Positions 17,181-26,145 of a DNA stretch of 64,000 nucleotides are shown piece after piece. This DNA comes from a virus (lineage: Duplodnaviria > Caudoviricetes): IMG/VR virus record IMGVR_UViG_3300029913_000001. One strand, given 5' to 3'. A program made the translations under genes and the position numbers. The notes beneath the pieces are model-generated. The model searched no databases, was not told the origin of the DNA, and worked only from the letters and a program-made list of their open reading frames with translations. How positions within the stretch are numbered: the stretch's first letter is position 1; each line of letters starts with the position of its first letter.

Positions 17181-17255
17181 TGGTAGACCCTCAGAGAATC
17201 GAACTCTTGTATTTCCCTAATCGGGGGAATGTCCTAGCCACTGGACGAAGGGTCT
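17181..17255 (-). tRNA. tRNA with Glu-like body and GAU (Ile) anticodon
   Basis: AGACCCT-TCGTCCAGTGGCTAGGAC-A-TTCCC-CCGATTA-GGGAA; ends CTACCA like the tRNA-Glu copies. Confidence 0.7.
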
Positions 17256-18186
17256 ATAAACCTTTCTTTTCATTCTGCTGCCGTTGTAACTTATTGGCAA
17301 CAGCCGTTCTTTCTTCTTCACTTAACTGATCAACATCAATTCTTGCATCTAATAATTCTTTAATAAGTGAATCTACATCTTTATTTATGCGAGCTTTTTT
17401 CTTATGTTTAATCGGCGCATCAATAATTTTCGATGTATTGTGAAGATCAAATGCAAGTAGCATAGATAATGCCAATGGATCAAAAACAATAACGAGTAAA
17501 ATAATCATCCAACGTACGGCATGATCTAATAAATCCTGACTTGGGTTATCTCCATACATCATTGCAGCAATATATTTAATTGGCCCTACATCAACGTTAT
17601 TTTTCTGCAATTCTAATTTTAAAGGTGCTTCTTTTTGCTGTAACTGATCAATCTGTTTCTGTTTATCTTGCATATCAGAATTGATTTGCGCTCGTTCTTT
17701 TTGCTGGCCGTTTCGAACTGTTAGTGCCTTTGTTGCACCAGTTTCATTTGTGCTGCTCGAAATTACTTGTGTTATTGCGGTATCTAATTGTTTAAGTGTG
17801 CCTTCATCGGATTGTTTTTCTGCTTGTAAGGTTGTAATTTGGCTATCGTAAATTCCAATATTCGATTGAATTGCATCGCCAGTTAAACTTTGTGCTACGT
17901 GAGCCTTTGAAAGAAAACCAAAAATACCGATTGAGGTAATCGTCATTAAAATTATAATTGCGGCTGATAGATAAATTCTTAATAAGAATTTGGTTCGACC
18001 CCAATTTTCGTGAAGAAATAGTGTAAGAACTACCTTCGCAATTTCTAGTACCGTGCCCATTGTTATTACAGCAGTAAATGCTCCAGAAAAAATACTTGTT
18101 AAACCATTAATTGAATAAAAAGCTGCGGTACAACTTATCGATAATGCAGCCAAAAGGAGTGCATAATCTAAAAATTTGTTCTTCAA
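17254..18186 (-). CDS. Membrane protein with coiled coil
   Basis: Three N-terminal hydrophobic segments, a Q-rich coiled coil and a C-terminal TM segment (WMIILLVIVFDPLAL). Confidence 0.75.
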   Translation of the reverse strand: MKNKFLDYALLLAALSISCTAAFYSINGLTSIFSGAFTAVITMGTVLEIAKVVLTLFLHENWGRTKFLLRIYLSAAIIILMTITSIGIFGFLSKAHVAQSLTGDAIQSNIGIYDSQITTLQAEKQSDEGTLKQLDTAITQVISSSTNETGATKALTVRNGQQKERAQINSDMQDKQKQIDQLQQKEAPLKLELQKNNVDVGPIKYIAAMMYGDNPSQDLLDHAVRWMIILLVIVFDPLALSMLLAFDLHNTSKIIDAPIKHKKKARINKDVDSLIKELLDARIDVDQLSEEERTAVANKLQRQQNEKKGL

Positions 18187-18224
18187 ATCACTGTCCTATG
18201 ATTTAATTATATTACAGATCTGCG

Positions 18225-18842
18225 CTACCACAGATCTTTCGAATTTAAAAAAGTGAACGCAGGTTTAATAATTGAAGGTGAATTCCACTTTTTAGTATTT
18301 TCTGAAATTTTTTGTAATCGATCCGCCGCACAATTATTTTCAATTAAAATTGCGGTTTTTGCATTATGCAACGTATTTGCACGAAGACTTATTTCGGCGT
18401 CCAAATGTTCTTTGGATAAATCGGAGAAATTAATTGGGTTGCCATTTTGATCTTTAAAAATTAACCCTCGACCACCGTTCGTTAATAACTTTCCTAGCCA
18501 TTTTAATCCGTCAGGCGTTAATTCCTCGGTATGTTGTATGATTAATTTAATTTTATGTGCGGTTAATGAAAATATAATTATAGAAATGAGGCCTTTAATT
18601 TGTGCGATATTTTCAATTCTTACCAATGGATAATAATCATCGATTGGTGAATCTAAAATAGTTACATATGCCTGCACCTCTTTATTTTCATCACAGATTA
18701 GATAAAAAATTTCATTACCGAATCGAAGCTGTAAAATATTTTTTCCATCTATAGAATCAAAAGGTATTGCTGCGGATATATCAACCGTATTCCAACTAAT
18801 TGACGGAATTGCATCTGCATATAAAATTTCATTTATTTTCAT
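18225..18842 (-). CDS. Distant GNAT-like paralog (subfamily 2) with MKINE leader
   Basis: VRIENIAQIKGLISIIIFSL..KLII.HTEELTPDGLKWL; paralog at 31839..32393. Confidence 0.6.
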   Translation of the reverse strand: MKINEILYADAIPSISWNTVDISAAIPFDSIDGKNILQLRFGNEIFYLICDENKEVQAYVTILDSPIDDYYPLVRIENIAQIKGLISIIIFSLTAHKIKLIIQHTEELTPDGLKWLGKLLTNGGRGLIFKDQNGNPINFSDLSKEHLDAEISLRANTLHNAKTAILIENNCAADRLQKISENTKKWNSPSIIKPAFTFLNSKDLW

Positions 18843-18845
18843 ACT

Positions 18846-19148
18846 CTATAGATATGTCTTTTCGTCTACTACGGTTAATACTCGTATCGATTCAATAGTA
18901 TGGACGCCGTTGCTGTACGGACAGTATGAATTAAAATTCTCGATTTGATTTTCTGTTAGAATGTCTTCATATGTTTCCCGCACAGTAGAATCTGACGATT
19001 GCCCGTGAGGCCAATCACCATCCTTATCTTTGATAGCCTTAAAAATCGGCTTTAATTTTTCCAGCACATCGGTAGTGATCTCTTTAATCGACATTATATA
19101 ATCGGCATCATTTGTGTCTGCCTTAATTACCAACAGTAGTTTTTCCAA
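18846..19148 (-). CDS. Hypothetical protein
   Basis: 100 aa ORF in operon context. Confidence 0.6.
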   Translation of the reverse strand: MEKLLLVIKADTNDADYIMSIKEITTDVLEKLKPIFKAIKDKDGDWPHGQSSDSTVRETYEDILTENQIENFNSYCPYSNGVHTIESIRVLTVVDEKTYL

Positions 19149-19159
19149 AAACCCTTTCC

Positions 19160-19351
19160 TTATTTTGCTAATCTTGCAAGTACCGCACGATCTATAATCT
19201 TAGCTGCATTAGCCCAGGCAGTTTCTTCTCGATAACAAAAGCTGCTAATTTTTCGATAGCCATCCTGTATGTAACATCTACCATCTGCTCTAATCACTCG
19301 AGCCGTAGGATAAATCGACTTTACTTTTTTAATAGCTTCTTCTAGTATCAT
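19160..19351 (-). CDS. 'YPxA...AW' family protein
   Basis: VKSIYPTA ... TAWANAAKIIDRAVLARLAK. Confidence 0.7.
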   Translation of the reverse strand: MILEEAIKKVKSIYPTARVIRADGRCYIQDGYRKISSFCYREETAWANAAKIIDRAVLARLAK

Positions 19352-19356
19352 AATTT

Positions 19357-19431
19357 TGGTAGGGAATCGGAAAGTTGAATTCCGGTCTCATGATTGAGAA
19401 TCATGCATCCTAACCACTGGACGAATTCCCC
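19357..19431 (-). tRNA. tRNA-Glu(CUC)
   Basis: GGGGAAT/ATTCCCT; CATGA-TTCTCAA-TCATG; CCA. Confidence 0.88.
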
Positions 19432-19438
19432 ATAATTT

Positions 19439-19513
19439 TGGTAGGGCGTATCGAATTCGAATCGATGCTCCGAGATTGAAGGTCTCGTAACCTAACCGCT
19501 AGTTGAACGCCCC
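19439..19513 (-). tRNA. tRNA-Glu(UUC), C at position 33
   Basis: GGGGCGT/ACGCCCT; CGAGA-CCTTCAA-TCTCG; CCA. Confidence 0.88.
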
Positions 19514-19520
19514 ATAATTT

Positions 19521-19721
19521 CTAATACTTTCCGAACCCAATATTAAATAGATCGTCGATGGATTTCAAATGAGTATGTTTCAAAAAGTATTTATTCTTAC
19601 ATTCATCAGAACAAAACGAATAAAATCCAGGAACTGGGCCATAACATTTGTGACACATAGTTGTGGGCTTTTCGGTTCCATTAATAGGAGCAACTTTCCC
19701 GTTTAGACAATCTGCCATCAA
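19521..19721 (-). CDS. Small zinc-finger-like protein
   Basis: CHKC...FCSDEC. Confidence 0.45.
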   Translation of the reverse strand: MMADCLNGKVAPINGTEKPTTMCHKCYGPVPGFYSFCSDECKNKYFLKHTHLKSIDDLFNIGFGKY

Positions 19722-20089
19722 AAAGCCCTCCCATAATGATGTCGTATTACCTGTTCCATTCTAGCCTTACCAACGGGATTCATACTATGCACTCGAACAC
19801 CCTTGACCGGCCAAATATTTTTTTCTTCCATATAACAAATAATGTCATACCCGGACTTTACATGTGGACAACGATTAAAAAATGTTGTTTCAGCCGTTTT
19901 CATATCACCGATATGATAATTTGAATTTGTGCATTCTAGGCAAGCGCCGATATCGTGATCGAGACTTGCAAATATGACTTCGCCCGTTTCTAACGCCGCG
20001 ATTGCTTCCTCATAGCTCTTGGCCCAATCCCATCCGATGCATCCGAATTTTGCTGGATCGCGTACATCATCTAACCAAAGATATATCAT
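19718..20089 (-). CDS. Cyclic-phosphate-processing receiver domain protein (cREC-like)
   Basis: LWLDDVRDP, SLDHDIG, GYD, VHSMNPVG. Confidence 0.8.
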   Translation of the reverse strand: MIYLWLDDVRDPAKFGCIGWDWAKSYEEAIAALETGEVIFASLDHDIGACLECTNSNYHIGDMKTAETTFFNRCPHVKSGYDIICYMEEKNIWPVKGVRVHSMNPVGKARMEQVIRHHYGRAF

Positions 20090-20090
20090 T

Positions 20091-20321
20091 TTATTGTCCC
20101 AAAATATAGATTAATTTTTCATCTTTTGGAAGAACACGAATTATTTCACTTTCTATTATAATTCCCCCGTTATCGATGATGTATGCAGGCCCATTTCCAA
20201 GACTAGCTCTTCCTATCAGTATAGTTCGGTTAATCGGATACCCATTAGCCGAATATTCAACTAAATCATAAATATCGTACTTATAATCAAAATCAAAATT
20301 TCCTAAAACAGATTGTCGCAT
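20091..20321 (-). CDS. Small beta-barrel-like protein with conserved C-terminal helix
   Basis: Ends ESEIIRVLPKDEKLIYILGQ. Confidence 0.65.
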   Translation of the reverse strand: MRQSVLGNFDFDYKYDIYDLVEYSANGYPINRTILIGRASLGNGPAYIIDNGGIIIESEIIRVLPKDEKLIYILGQ

Positions 20322-20334
20322 CGCATATCCAATC

Positions 20335-20544
20335 TCATTGTCCCAAAATATAGATTAATTTTTCATCTTCTGTCAAATACCGAATTATTTCACTTTGCAG
20401 TACAACTGTTTGATGGTCAGTCCAATATGCCGATCTACTTAGATAGTATGTAGGTATCGTTAATTTAACAATATCCGACCAATCCCCATCTACATGACAT
20501 TTGACGTAATCGCCGACATGATACTTGAATATTTCATCGCTCAT
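20335..20544 (-). CDS. Small beta-barrel-like protein with conserved C-terminal helix
   Basis: FKYHVGDYV ... QSEIIRYLTEDEKLIYILGQ. Confidence 0.65.
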   Translation of the reverse strand: MSDEIFKYHVGDYVKCHVDGDWSDIVKLTIPTYYLSRSAYWTDHQTVVLQSEIIRYLTEDEKLIYILGQ

Positions 20545-20624
20545 GAAAATTATACCTGTTTCGTATATTATCCCTTGTTGAAACTATAGGGCGTCCAGAG
20601 AATTGAATATTTAATTCTAAAACT

Positions 20625-20701
20625 TGGTCGGAATGGTGGAATTCGAATCCACGTCGTCCTGTTCCCGAAACAGGTGCCTCAAACCACTAGGCTACATTCC
20701 G
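20625..20701 (-). tRNA. tRNA-Pro(CGG)
   Basis: CGGAATG/CATTCCG-A-CCA; TTCGGGA loop. Confidence 0.92.
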
Positions 20702-20776
20702 AAATAGCAAACTACTCGGGGTCGAATTTGGTTGGTTTTCCTTCCTTCGACAGTTTGCTGGGTAAACTTATTTTAT

Positions 20777-20852
20777 TGGCTACCAGAGAGGAACTCGAAT
20801 CCCCATCACCAGGATCAAAACCTAGGGTCCTAACCAATTGAACGATCTGGCA
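20777..20852 (-). tRNA. tRNA-Gln(UUG)
   Basis: TGCCAGA/TCTGGTA-G-CCA; TTTTGAT loop. Confidence 0.88.
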
Positions 20853-21392
20853 TCAAAATTTGTAATTCTTATAAATCTTCCAAAAATCAGCTCGATTTTC
20901 AGCAGGAATAACTTTTAATCCCAGTGCCGAAAAAACATCCTCTTCTGTTTCACTTGCTATAATATGGCCATCTTTGAAAAGACCATATTGATTCAACTTA
21001 TCGAAACCTTTATTCTTGCAATATGTTCGCATTGCAATATTGAACTGAGCATTGCCGGTAGCGTGAAGGCGCGCGGATCCAAAACTTTCCTTTGGCACGG
21101 TAATGAACTCAACTTGAATTTCCTTACCATAACACAATACCTTAAGGCTGAGTAAAGAACCGCCAGACCGATGTACTGCGCTAGGAAAAACGTCACCTAC
21201 GACATCGAGTAATTTGCTAATAGCGCAATCAGTTATTACAAAATCTAAATCTCCGATTTCAGTTTTTCCGCGCCGCCAAGAACCACAGATTTCGAAATTA
21301 ATATTTCGATCGGTTAACACATCTAGATAGGCTGAAATAATGCCATAGGCCTGAGATCGTGTAATTTTGTTTTCAACCGCAGTGCTAGACAT
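20853..21392 (-). CDS. Minimal family-X DNA polymerase (palm and thumb only)
   Basis: CGSWRRGKTEIGDLDFVIT; HATGNAQFNIAMR..KGF.KLNQYGLF; EEDVFSALGL..IPAENR. Confidence 0.88.
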   Translation of the reverse strand: MSSTAVENKITRSQAYGIISAYLDVLTDRNINFEICGSWRRGKTEIGDLDFVITDCAISKLLDVVGDVFPSAVHRSGGSLLSLKVLCYGKEIQVEFITVPKESFGSARLHATGNAQFNIAMRTYCKNKGFDKLNQYGLFKDGHIIASETEEDVFSALGLKVIPAENRADFWKIYKNYKF

Positions 21393-21430
21393 ATATCCAA
21401 TTTCGCTCTACTGAATTTAACAACAAATAT

Positions 21431-21459
21431 AGTATAGCAAAATTGGATATGAATGTCAA
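21431..21459 (-). promoter_or_regulatory. Sigma70-like promoter
   Basis: TTGACA-17-TATACT upstream of the PolX gene. Confidence 0.7.
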
Positions 21460-21495
21460 GAGAAATTAAACTCTTTGTTTTTAATAATCTAAAAA

Positions 21496-21576
21496 TGGCG
21501 GGACTGATGGGATTCGAACCCACGTTAAATAACTTAATCGACAATTAAGCGCCTTAAACCACTTGGCTACAGTCCC
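21496..21576 (-). tRNA. tRNA-Asp(GUC)
   Basis: GGGACTG/CAGTCCC-G-CCA; CTTAA-TTGTCGA-TTAAG. Confidence 0.88.
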
Positions 21577-21584
21577 ATTAAAAA

Positions 21585-21899
21585 TTATCGTCTGCCTCTT
21601 TTAATGCTGCGGGTAAAGCCATATCCACGTAACGATCTCGGTTTGGGACCGTAAGGATGCGGGCCACGCCACGCTCGCCATGGGCCAATTCCAATAAATA
21701 TTCCGCGTACAAACCACGCCGAATCGTAATATCCATATGGAGCGCAATCATACGGAGCATATGAATAATATCCCCATAGACAAACCGGTTCTTCTACGAC
21801 AGCAGGCTGTGGCTGTTGAACAATAACCTGTACTCCGGCCTGCCCCTCCGCCACTAAACTGCATAATATTAATGCTACTGCGAAAATTAAATTTTTCAT
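21585..21899 (-). CDS. Small secreted Pro/Tyr/Gly-rich protein (resembles an Acidobacteria family)
   Basis: Signal peptide MKNLIFAVALILCSLVAEG; PVCLWGYYSYAPYDCAPYGYY..WF..GIFIGIGPW. Confidence 0.7.
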   Translation of the reverse strand: MKNLIFAVALILCSLVAEGQAGVQVIVQQPQPAVVEEPVCLWGYYSYAPYDCAPYGYYDSAWFVRGIFIGIGPWRAWRGPHPYGPKPRSLRGYGFTRSIKRGRR

Positions 21900-22098
21900 T
21901 GCGTCCTTATTTATGTCGATTATTCTGAGGATGGGATCAAACCATCTCCGCCGGACTCCGCGCCCGGTGTTCAAACACTTTATTGGTTTCGAAAATCATA
22001 AGTGTCGCGACACTTTGATTATATCCTGCCAATTGGTCCTGGGATCTGTAACCGCGCAGCTACTCTTCACCCAATCTTTTAAACTACTCAGAAACTTT

Positions 22099-22620
22099 TT
22101 ATTTTTCTACTTGCTCCGCCAAGTTTTCTAATTCTTGTGCAATTGTCTGTTCGATAAATTTATTTAGAGTAATATCTTGTTCGTGAGCCATTAGCATAAT
22201 TGTATGTAATGTTTCTTTATCGAATTCTAAAGGAATTTCAACTCTTTCATCATAAGAAGTATGATTAACAATTGCCGTCAATTTGTCAAGAAAATCTGCG
22301 GTGGTTTCTAGTTCCGTAAAGTTTACGCCGTCGTATGCTTCATGACTATCGACGCCATACGCTTCATTTTCTTTTAAAAATTCGTCCAAATATTCAGGAT
22401 TAGACAATCGGTACGCATGACCAGTTGAATAATCAAAAACCTCCGCGGAAAAAACAACCTGGGTTACATTATCAAAAATAATTGATGCCTGCACACCATC
22501 GACTTCACCGTCCCAGTAATCTAATAAATAAGCGTTCTCACCGTAACAGCTCCAACCGTATTTTTCTCCGCTTGTAATCTGGTACTTAATTCCAACTAAC
22601 CATTCACTTAGAGTAATCAT
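22099..22620 (-). CDS. Hypothetical phage protein
   Basis: 173 aa; ends with an LMAHEQDITLNKFIE ribbon-helix-like motif. Confidence 0.7.
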   Translation of the reverse strand: MITLSEWLVGIKYQITSGEKYGWSCYGENAYLLDYWDGEVDGVQASIIFDNVTQVVFSAEVFDYSTGHAYRLSNPEYLDEFLKENEAYGVDSHEAYDGVNFTELETTADFLDKLTAIVNHTSYDERVEIPLEFDKETLHTIMLMAHEQDITLNKFIEQTIAQELENLAEQVEK

Positions 22621-22741
22621 TATTTTTCCTTTTAATGTGGGTTATCCTACATATAATTCGGTAGTACCCTGTATTCCTAGATGCTTGTGATGCAAGGATT
22701 TCGAAAATGCCTTTCATCACTCTTTTATTATAGCAACTATA

Positions 22742-23347
22742 TTATTGCCTGTCAAGAGATAAGTTATTAACGATATCGGAAAATTCTTGGAAGGAGTAAA
22801 CTCGAGTATACGGAACCTTAATCTTTTCATCGGCATCTTGATTCCATTCTCTATCGCGTAGAAATAAAACTGTATCCGTACTTTTTTCTGAAACCTCGAT
22901 CAAATTTTCTGGCCTATCATCAATTATTGCATCCAATCGTAATGCTCTTGCAATTTCGCCTTTTTGTTTTTCAACCAATACCGTGGGATATTTGATTCCG
23001 CAACACGATAACCATTTTGCGGTCTGAATTTCTATTGGGTCTCCCTCGGTTATTACCCGTGTAGTAATGAAATATAATCGATATTTCTTTGAAAATGCAG
23101 TCATATCAAAATTTAAGATATCCGAAAACGGCATATTATGTAAATAAAAATTTTTGGTGTTTGAAATCACATCCCATGCCTGCTTATGAATTTCCGGAGT
23201 TAAATTCCAATTTGATTGAAACCAATCTTTAACTTCGGCGGGCAATACCTTTCCAGTTAATTGTTCGCAAATCGTATGATAAGGTGTGGTGAAATCCGAT
23301 AATACTCCATCAATATCAATGCCTAATCGTAATCTAGTATCTTTCAT
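22742..23347 (-). CDS. HAD-family 5'(3')-deoxyribonucleotidase-like protein
   Basis: GIDIDGVLSDF, YFITTR, IIDDRPEN, RD.EWN. Confidence 0.85.
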   Translation of the reverse strand: MKDTRLRLGIDIDGVLSDFTTPYHTICEQLTGKVLPAEVKDWFQSNWNLTPEIHKQAWDVISNTKNFYLHNMPFSDILNFDMTAFSKKYRLYFITTRVITEGDPIEIQTAKWLSCCGIKYPTVLVEKQKGEIARALRLDAIIDDRPENLIEVSEKSTDTVLFLRDREWNQDADEKIKVPYTRVYSFQEFSDIVNNLSLDRQ

Positions 23348-23357
23348 CTAATCCTTT

Positions 23358-23434
23358 TGGTGTCGCCGATCTGATTTGAACAGATGGCATCTTCCATATG
23401 AGAGAAGCGTTCTACCGAGCTGAACTACGGCGAC
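23358..23434 (-). tRNA. tRNA-Met/Ile2(CAU)
   Basis: GTCGCCG/CGGCGAC-A-CCA; CTCATAT loop. Confidence 0.88.
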
Positions 23435-23751
23435 ACATATAATTTGTGAAGTTTAATAAGAACATCACCGTGACAGCGATGTCTAGGTCTGCAAAAGCAT
23501 CCTAAAATATCAGAATCTTTTAAACATGGTATTAATTCGAGTATCTGTATTCTTCTGATTTGTTCAACATGTGACCATTTTGGATTCCCCAATAACCATT
23601 CTTCATAGGCATCGACAGATTCATCAATGGATCCTACTTGTACAGACGCCTTTGTATTTTTAATCGGAAGATGGGTGAATGGATTGCCGTAAATGCTACC
23701 ACGCCCAATATAAATTGTGAATGGCTCGAATCTTTTATCTACAACTTGCAT
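23425..23751 (-). CDS. DUF4326-like protein
   Basis: IYIGRGSIYGNPF ... LGCFCRP..CHGDVL. Confidence 0.85.
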   Translation of the reverse strand: MQVVDKRFEPFTIYIGRGSIYGNPFTHLPIKNTKASVQVGSIDESVDAYEEWLLGNPKWSHVEQIRRIQILELIPCLKDSDILGCFCRPRHRCHGDVLIKLHKLYVSP

Positions 23752-23769
23752 AACTATCCCTAGTTAATT

Positions 23770-23840
23770 TGGTTGCGGGGCTGGGAATTGAACCCAGAAG
23801 GCCGAGTTTATGAGGCTGGCCGGCAACCTCGCTCCCCGCA
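23770..23840 (-). tRNA. tRNA-Met(CAU), atypical or degenerate (reduced D-arm)
   Basis: TGCGGGG/CCCCGCA-A-CCA; CTCATAA loop; weak anticodon stem. Confidence 0.6.
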
Positions 23841-24070
23841 GTGGTATTTATAATTATCTGGAACGCTATAATAAACTCTAATCACGGTCCTTCGGCAATC
23901 AGTTAGCTAATGAACGACGCGTGCATATTGATAATTCTATGAGATCGATTAATCGCTATAAACTAGGCAGCTTTAGGAAAATAATTAAACGTAAAACATG
24001 GGTAATAATCGTCATAATTATCGGTACCTAGTGTTAGCCAAACATGCCCATCCGAAACGTCAACTAAATT

Positions 24071-24289
24071 TTATCCAGAGAAATCGTAATTATCTTCGAT
24101 TTTAACTCTAGCAAAAGGAATCGCATAAAAGATAAGGCCCACAGGATCTTCAACAATTGCGACATCGTGCATCATACTACGATATCCATCTGATTCATCT
24201 TCAACAGCTTCGAACACCGTCCCGTTTAATTTAAATCTATTGCAGTCAACGCCATAAAAATCTGCTTCTTGTCCAACTTCAAATTTCAT
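24071..24289 (-). CDS. Hypothetical protein
   Basis: 72 aa; VEDESDGYRSM motif. Confidence 0.55.
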   Translation of the reverse strand: MKFEVGQEADFYGVDCNRFKLNGTVFEAVEDESDGYRSMMHDVAIVEDPVGLIFYAIPFARVKIEDNYDFSG

Positions 24290-24363
24290 AATTACTAGAC
24301 CTCTTCAATGCGATCGTTTTAAAGTATGAGAGCATGACTACATTAGCCGTACTCTACGAATTA

Positions 24364-24449
24364 TGGCGGATGGTTGAGAAATCGAATCCCCTTCCTTTCG
24401 GAAGCCTCCTGCTTTCAAAACAGGCTGAACACCTTGTTCGGAACCATCC
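24364..24449 (-). tRNA. tRNA-Ser(UGA)
   Basis: GGATGGT/ACCATCC-G-CCA; TTTGAAA loop; long variable arm. Confidence 0.88.
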
Positions 24450-24452
24450 TTC

Positions 24453-24540
24453 TGGCGGCTAGCAGACCACTCGAAGGCCAATCCTTGTGAGATCGCAGTG
24501 CTTTCCAAGCACGCTCGGAATCCTATCCAATTTACTAGCC
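24453..24540 (-). tRNA. tRNA-Ser(GGA)
   Basis: GGCTAG/CTAGCC-G-CCA; TTGGAAA loop; long variable arm. Confidence 0.75.
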
Positions 24541-24770
24541 CCTAGTTAAACCCACAGGTAATCTAGGCAAAATTCAACAGCAAACTTATTTTTCAATCTT
24601 CATCAACTGATGCTTCTTTGTATCACAATCACCATTACGATGCATTTCTTCAAATTGTTTTCGATTCTTTGCCCACCATTGTTTCCAATCTGAAGTTCTT
24701 TTATTGTTGAGCAAGGGGAGTAGATGCTTACAATTATTGCACCAAAATTTCATATGACTCCTTAAAATTT

Positions 24771-24861
24771 TGCGCTTATCCGGTGCGGACCCGGCTTCTC
24801 TCTTTTAACAATCACATGCATATGACCAACAAAGTGTCCTAAACCCGTTAGACGATCGCGC
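24771..24861 (-). pseudogene. Degenerate Asp/Glu-type tRNA with an extended hairpin replacing the anticodon loop
   Basis: GCGCGAT-CGTCTAACGGGTTTAGGAC-A-CTTT..GGTCATAT-GC-ATGTGATT..AAAG; decayed T-loop. Confidence 0.5.
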
Positions 24862-25364
24862 AAATTTCATTAATTTTTCTTTCACATTGTATTAATAGCA
24901 TTTATTAAAAATATTGCCGTTCCTATTTCGGGCGAAATTTTAATATCTGTTAAATCAATTGTTTTAACGACCTTATCACCGGTATCAAATTCTTTTGAAA
25001 TAATAATACCAATAGCCTTATTATTTTTACGAATAATTTGCTCGATATTATATTTCATTAATCTTTCTTTCGATCCTTAAACTGTTTAAAGCAATCTTCA
25101 AAATTCTTATCCGAAGAATATCCTATTCCAAATAATGTAATCGTAAACAGCGTCTTAGCATGTTGATATAGCGCTGCCATTGGATCAATTTTTTTTGCCT
25201 TTTGCAATGCAACTTCAAATTTCATTCTACCCCTTATTAGTTCTTTCGATTTGTAAAAATATATTTAATTGCATTAACCAACGTTTTGATTCCACCAATA
25301 AACCCTGGTTGCGGGGCTTCGATTGGGTTTTGCTCATTAATTGGATTCTGTTTTTGTGCCATAT

Positions 25365-25577
25365 TTACTCCGTTAATCTAAAAATTAATTGCTCACCGGT
25401 CGTAAGTTCTCGAATAATTTCACTTTCAAGAATAATTTCAATATGCGTGGGTTGAATAACATACGCCAGCCGGCCTACTCAAAGGCTGCGACCGGTAATT
25501 CTAGCGACGTGTGTCTGACCGCCGTCGCCAAACGAATATTCGACATAAGAACCAACTTCGTATTTATAGATTCCCAT
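25365..25577 (-). pseudogene. Third tandem copy of the C-terminal-helix family, with an in-frame TGA
   Basis: MGIYKYEVGSYVEY...RSL*VGRLAY...ESEIIRELTTGEQLIFRLTE; TGA at 25479-25481. Confidence 0.75.
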
Positions 25578-25588
25578 TGAATCCTTTC

Positions 25589-25819
25589 TTATTCGGCTAA
25601 CCTTAAAATTAGAGCTTCATCTTTTGTTAACTCACGAATAATTTCGTCTTCAAAAACATAATCTCGATTAGACATGTGGTAACCAGGCAAGCTAGGCAAG
25701 CCTTCATTCCACACTTCAGAATATACAATTAACGATGTGCGTATCGAATTAACCGCGACGCCCAGTTCGTCGTTCATTTGGTATTCAACATATGCGCCAA
25801 TTTCATATTTGTTTTTCAT
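25589..25819 (-). CDS. Small beta-barrel-like protein with conserved C-terminal helix
   Basis: KYEIGAYVEY ... EDEIIRELTKDEALILRLAE. Confidence 0.7.
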   Translation of the reverse strand: MKNKYEIGAYVEYQMNDELGVAVNSIRTSLIVYSEVWNEGLPSLPGYHMSNRDYVFEDEIIRELTKDEALILRLAE

Positions 25820-26040
25820 TCGGCTAGTCGATTAATTAAAACTTCAACCGGAGTTAACTCACGAATTATTTCGCTTTCTAAAAGTATGTTTCCCATTTCG
25901 CTAGGCGTGATATAATATGCCGGCGACTCAGCCCAATCAGTGAGTCCCCAAATTGATACTATCCGAGATGCCGGAGCATCGACATTTTTGTAATCGAATA
26001 AATATTCAATATATGCGCCGATTTCATATTTCCATTTCAT
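25816..26040 (-). CDS. Small beta-barrel-like protein with conserved C-terminal helix
   Basis: KYEIGAYIEY ... ESEIIRELTPVEVLINRLAE. Confidence 0.7.
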   Translation of the reverse strand: MKWKYEIGAYIEYLFDYKNVDAPASRIVSIWGLTDWAESPAYYITPSEMGNILLESEIIRELTPVEVLINRLAE

Positions 26041-26064
26041 AGCGCCCCTTCGTTTGAAAAAAAA

Positions 26065-26141
26065 TGGTAGGCGAGGTCGGGTTCGAACCGACGACCTTTC
26101 GATTATAAATCGAAGGCTCTATCCAACTGAGCTACTCGCCT
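26065..26141 (-). tRNA. tRNA-Ile(UAU)
   Basis: AGGCGAG/CTCGCCT-A-CCA; TTCGA-TTTATAA-TCGAA. Confidence 0.92.
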
Positions 26142-26145
26142 ACAT

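Noticed and set aside
20704-20760. Hairpin AGCAAACT-GTCGAA-GGAAGGAAAACCAACC-TTCGAC-AGTTTGCT as SRP RNA
   Set aside because: It contains GAAGGAAG but lacks the CAGG/AGCAG symmetric loop of SRP helix 8. It is more likely a spacer or processing hairpin.
21915-22075. Possible interrupted tRNA-Trp-like element (T-arm-like GATGG/CCATC, D-arm-like CTG/CAG)
   Set aside because: Only 3 bp of acceptor pairing and no canonical anticodon arm; too weak to call.
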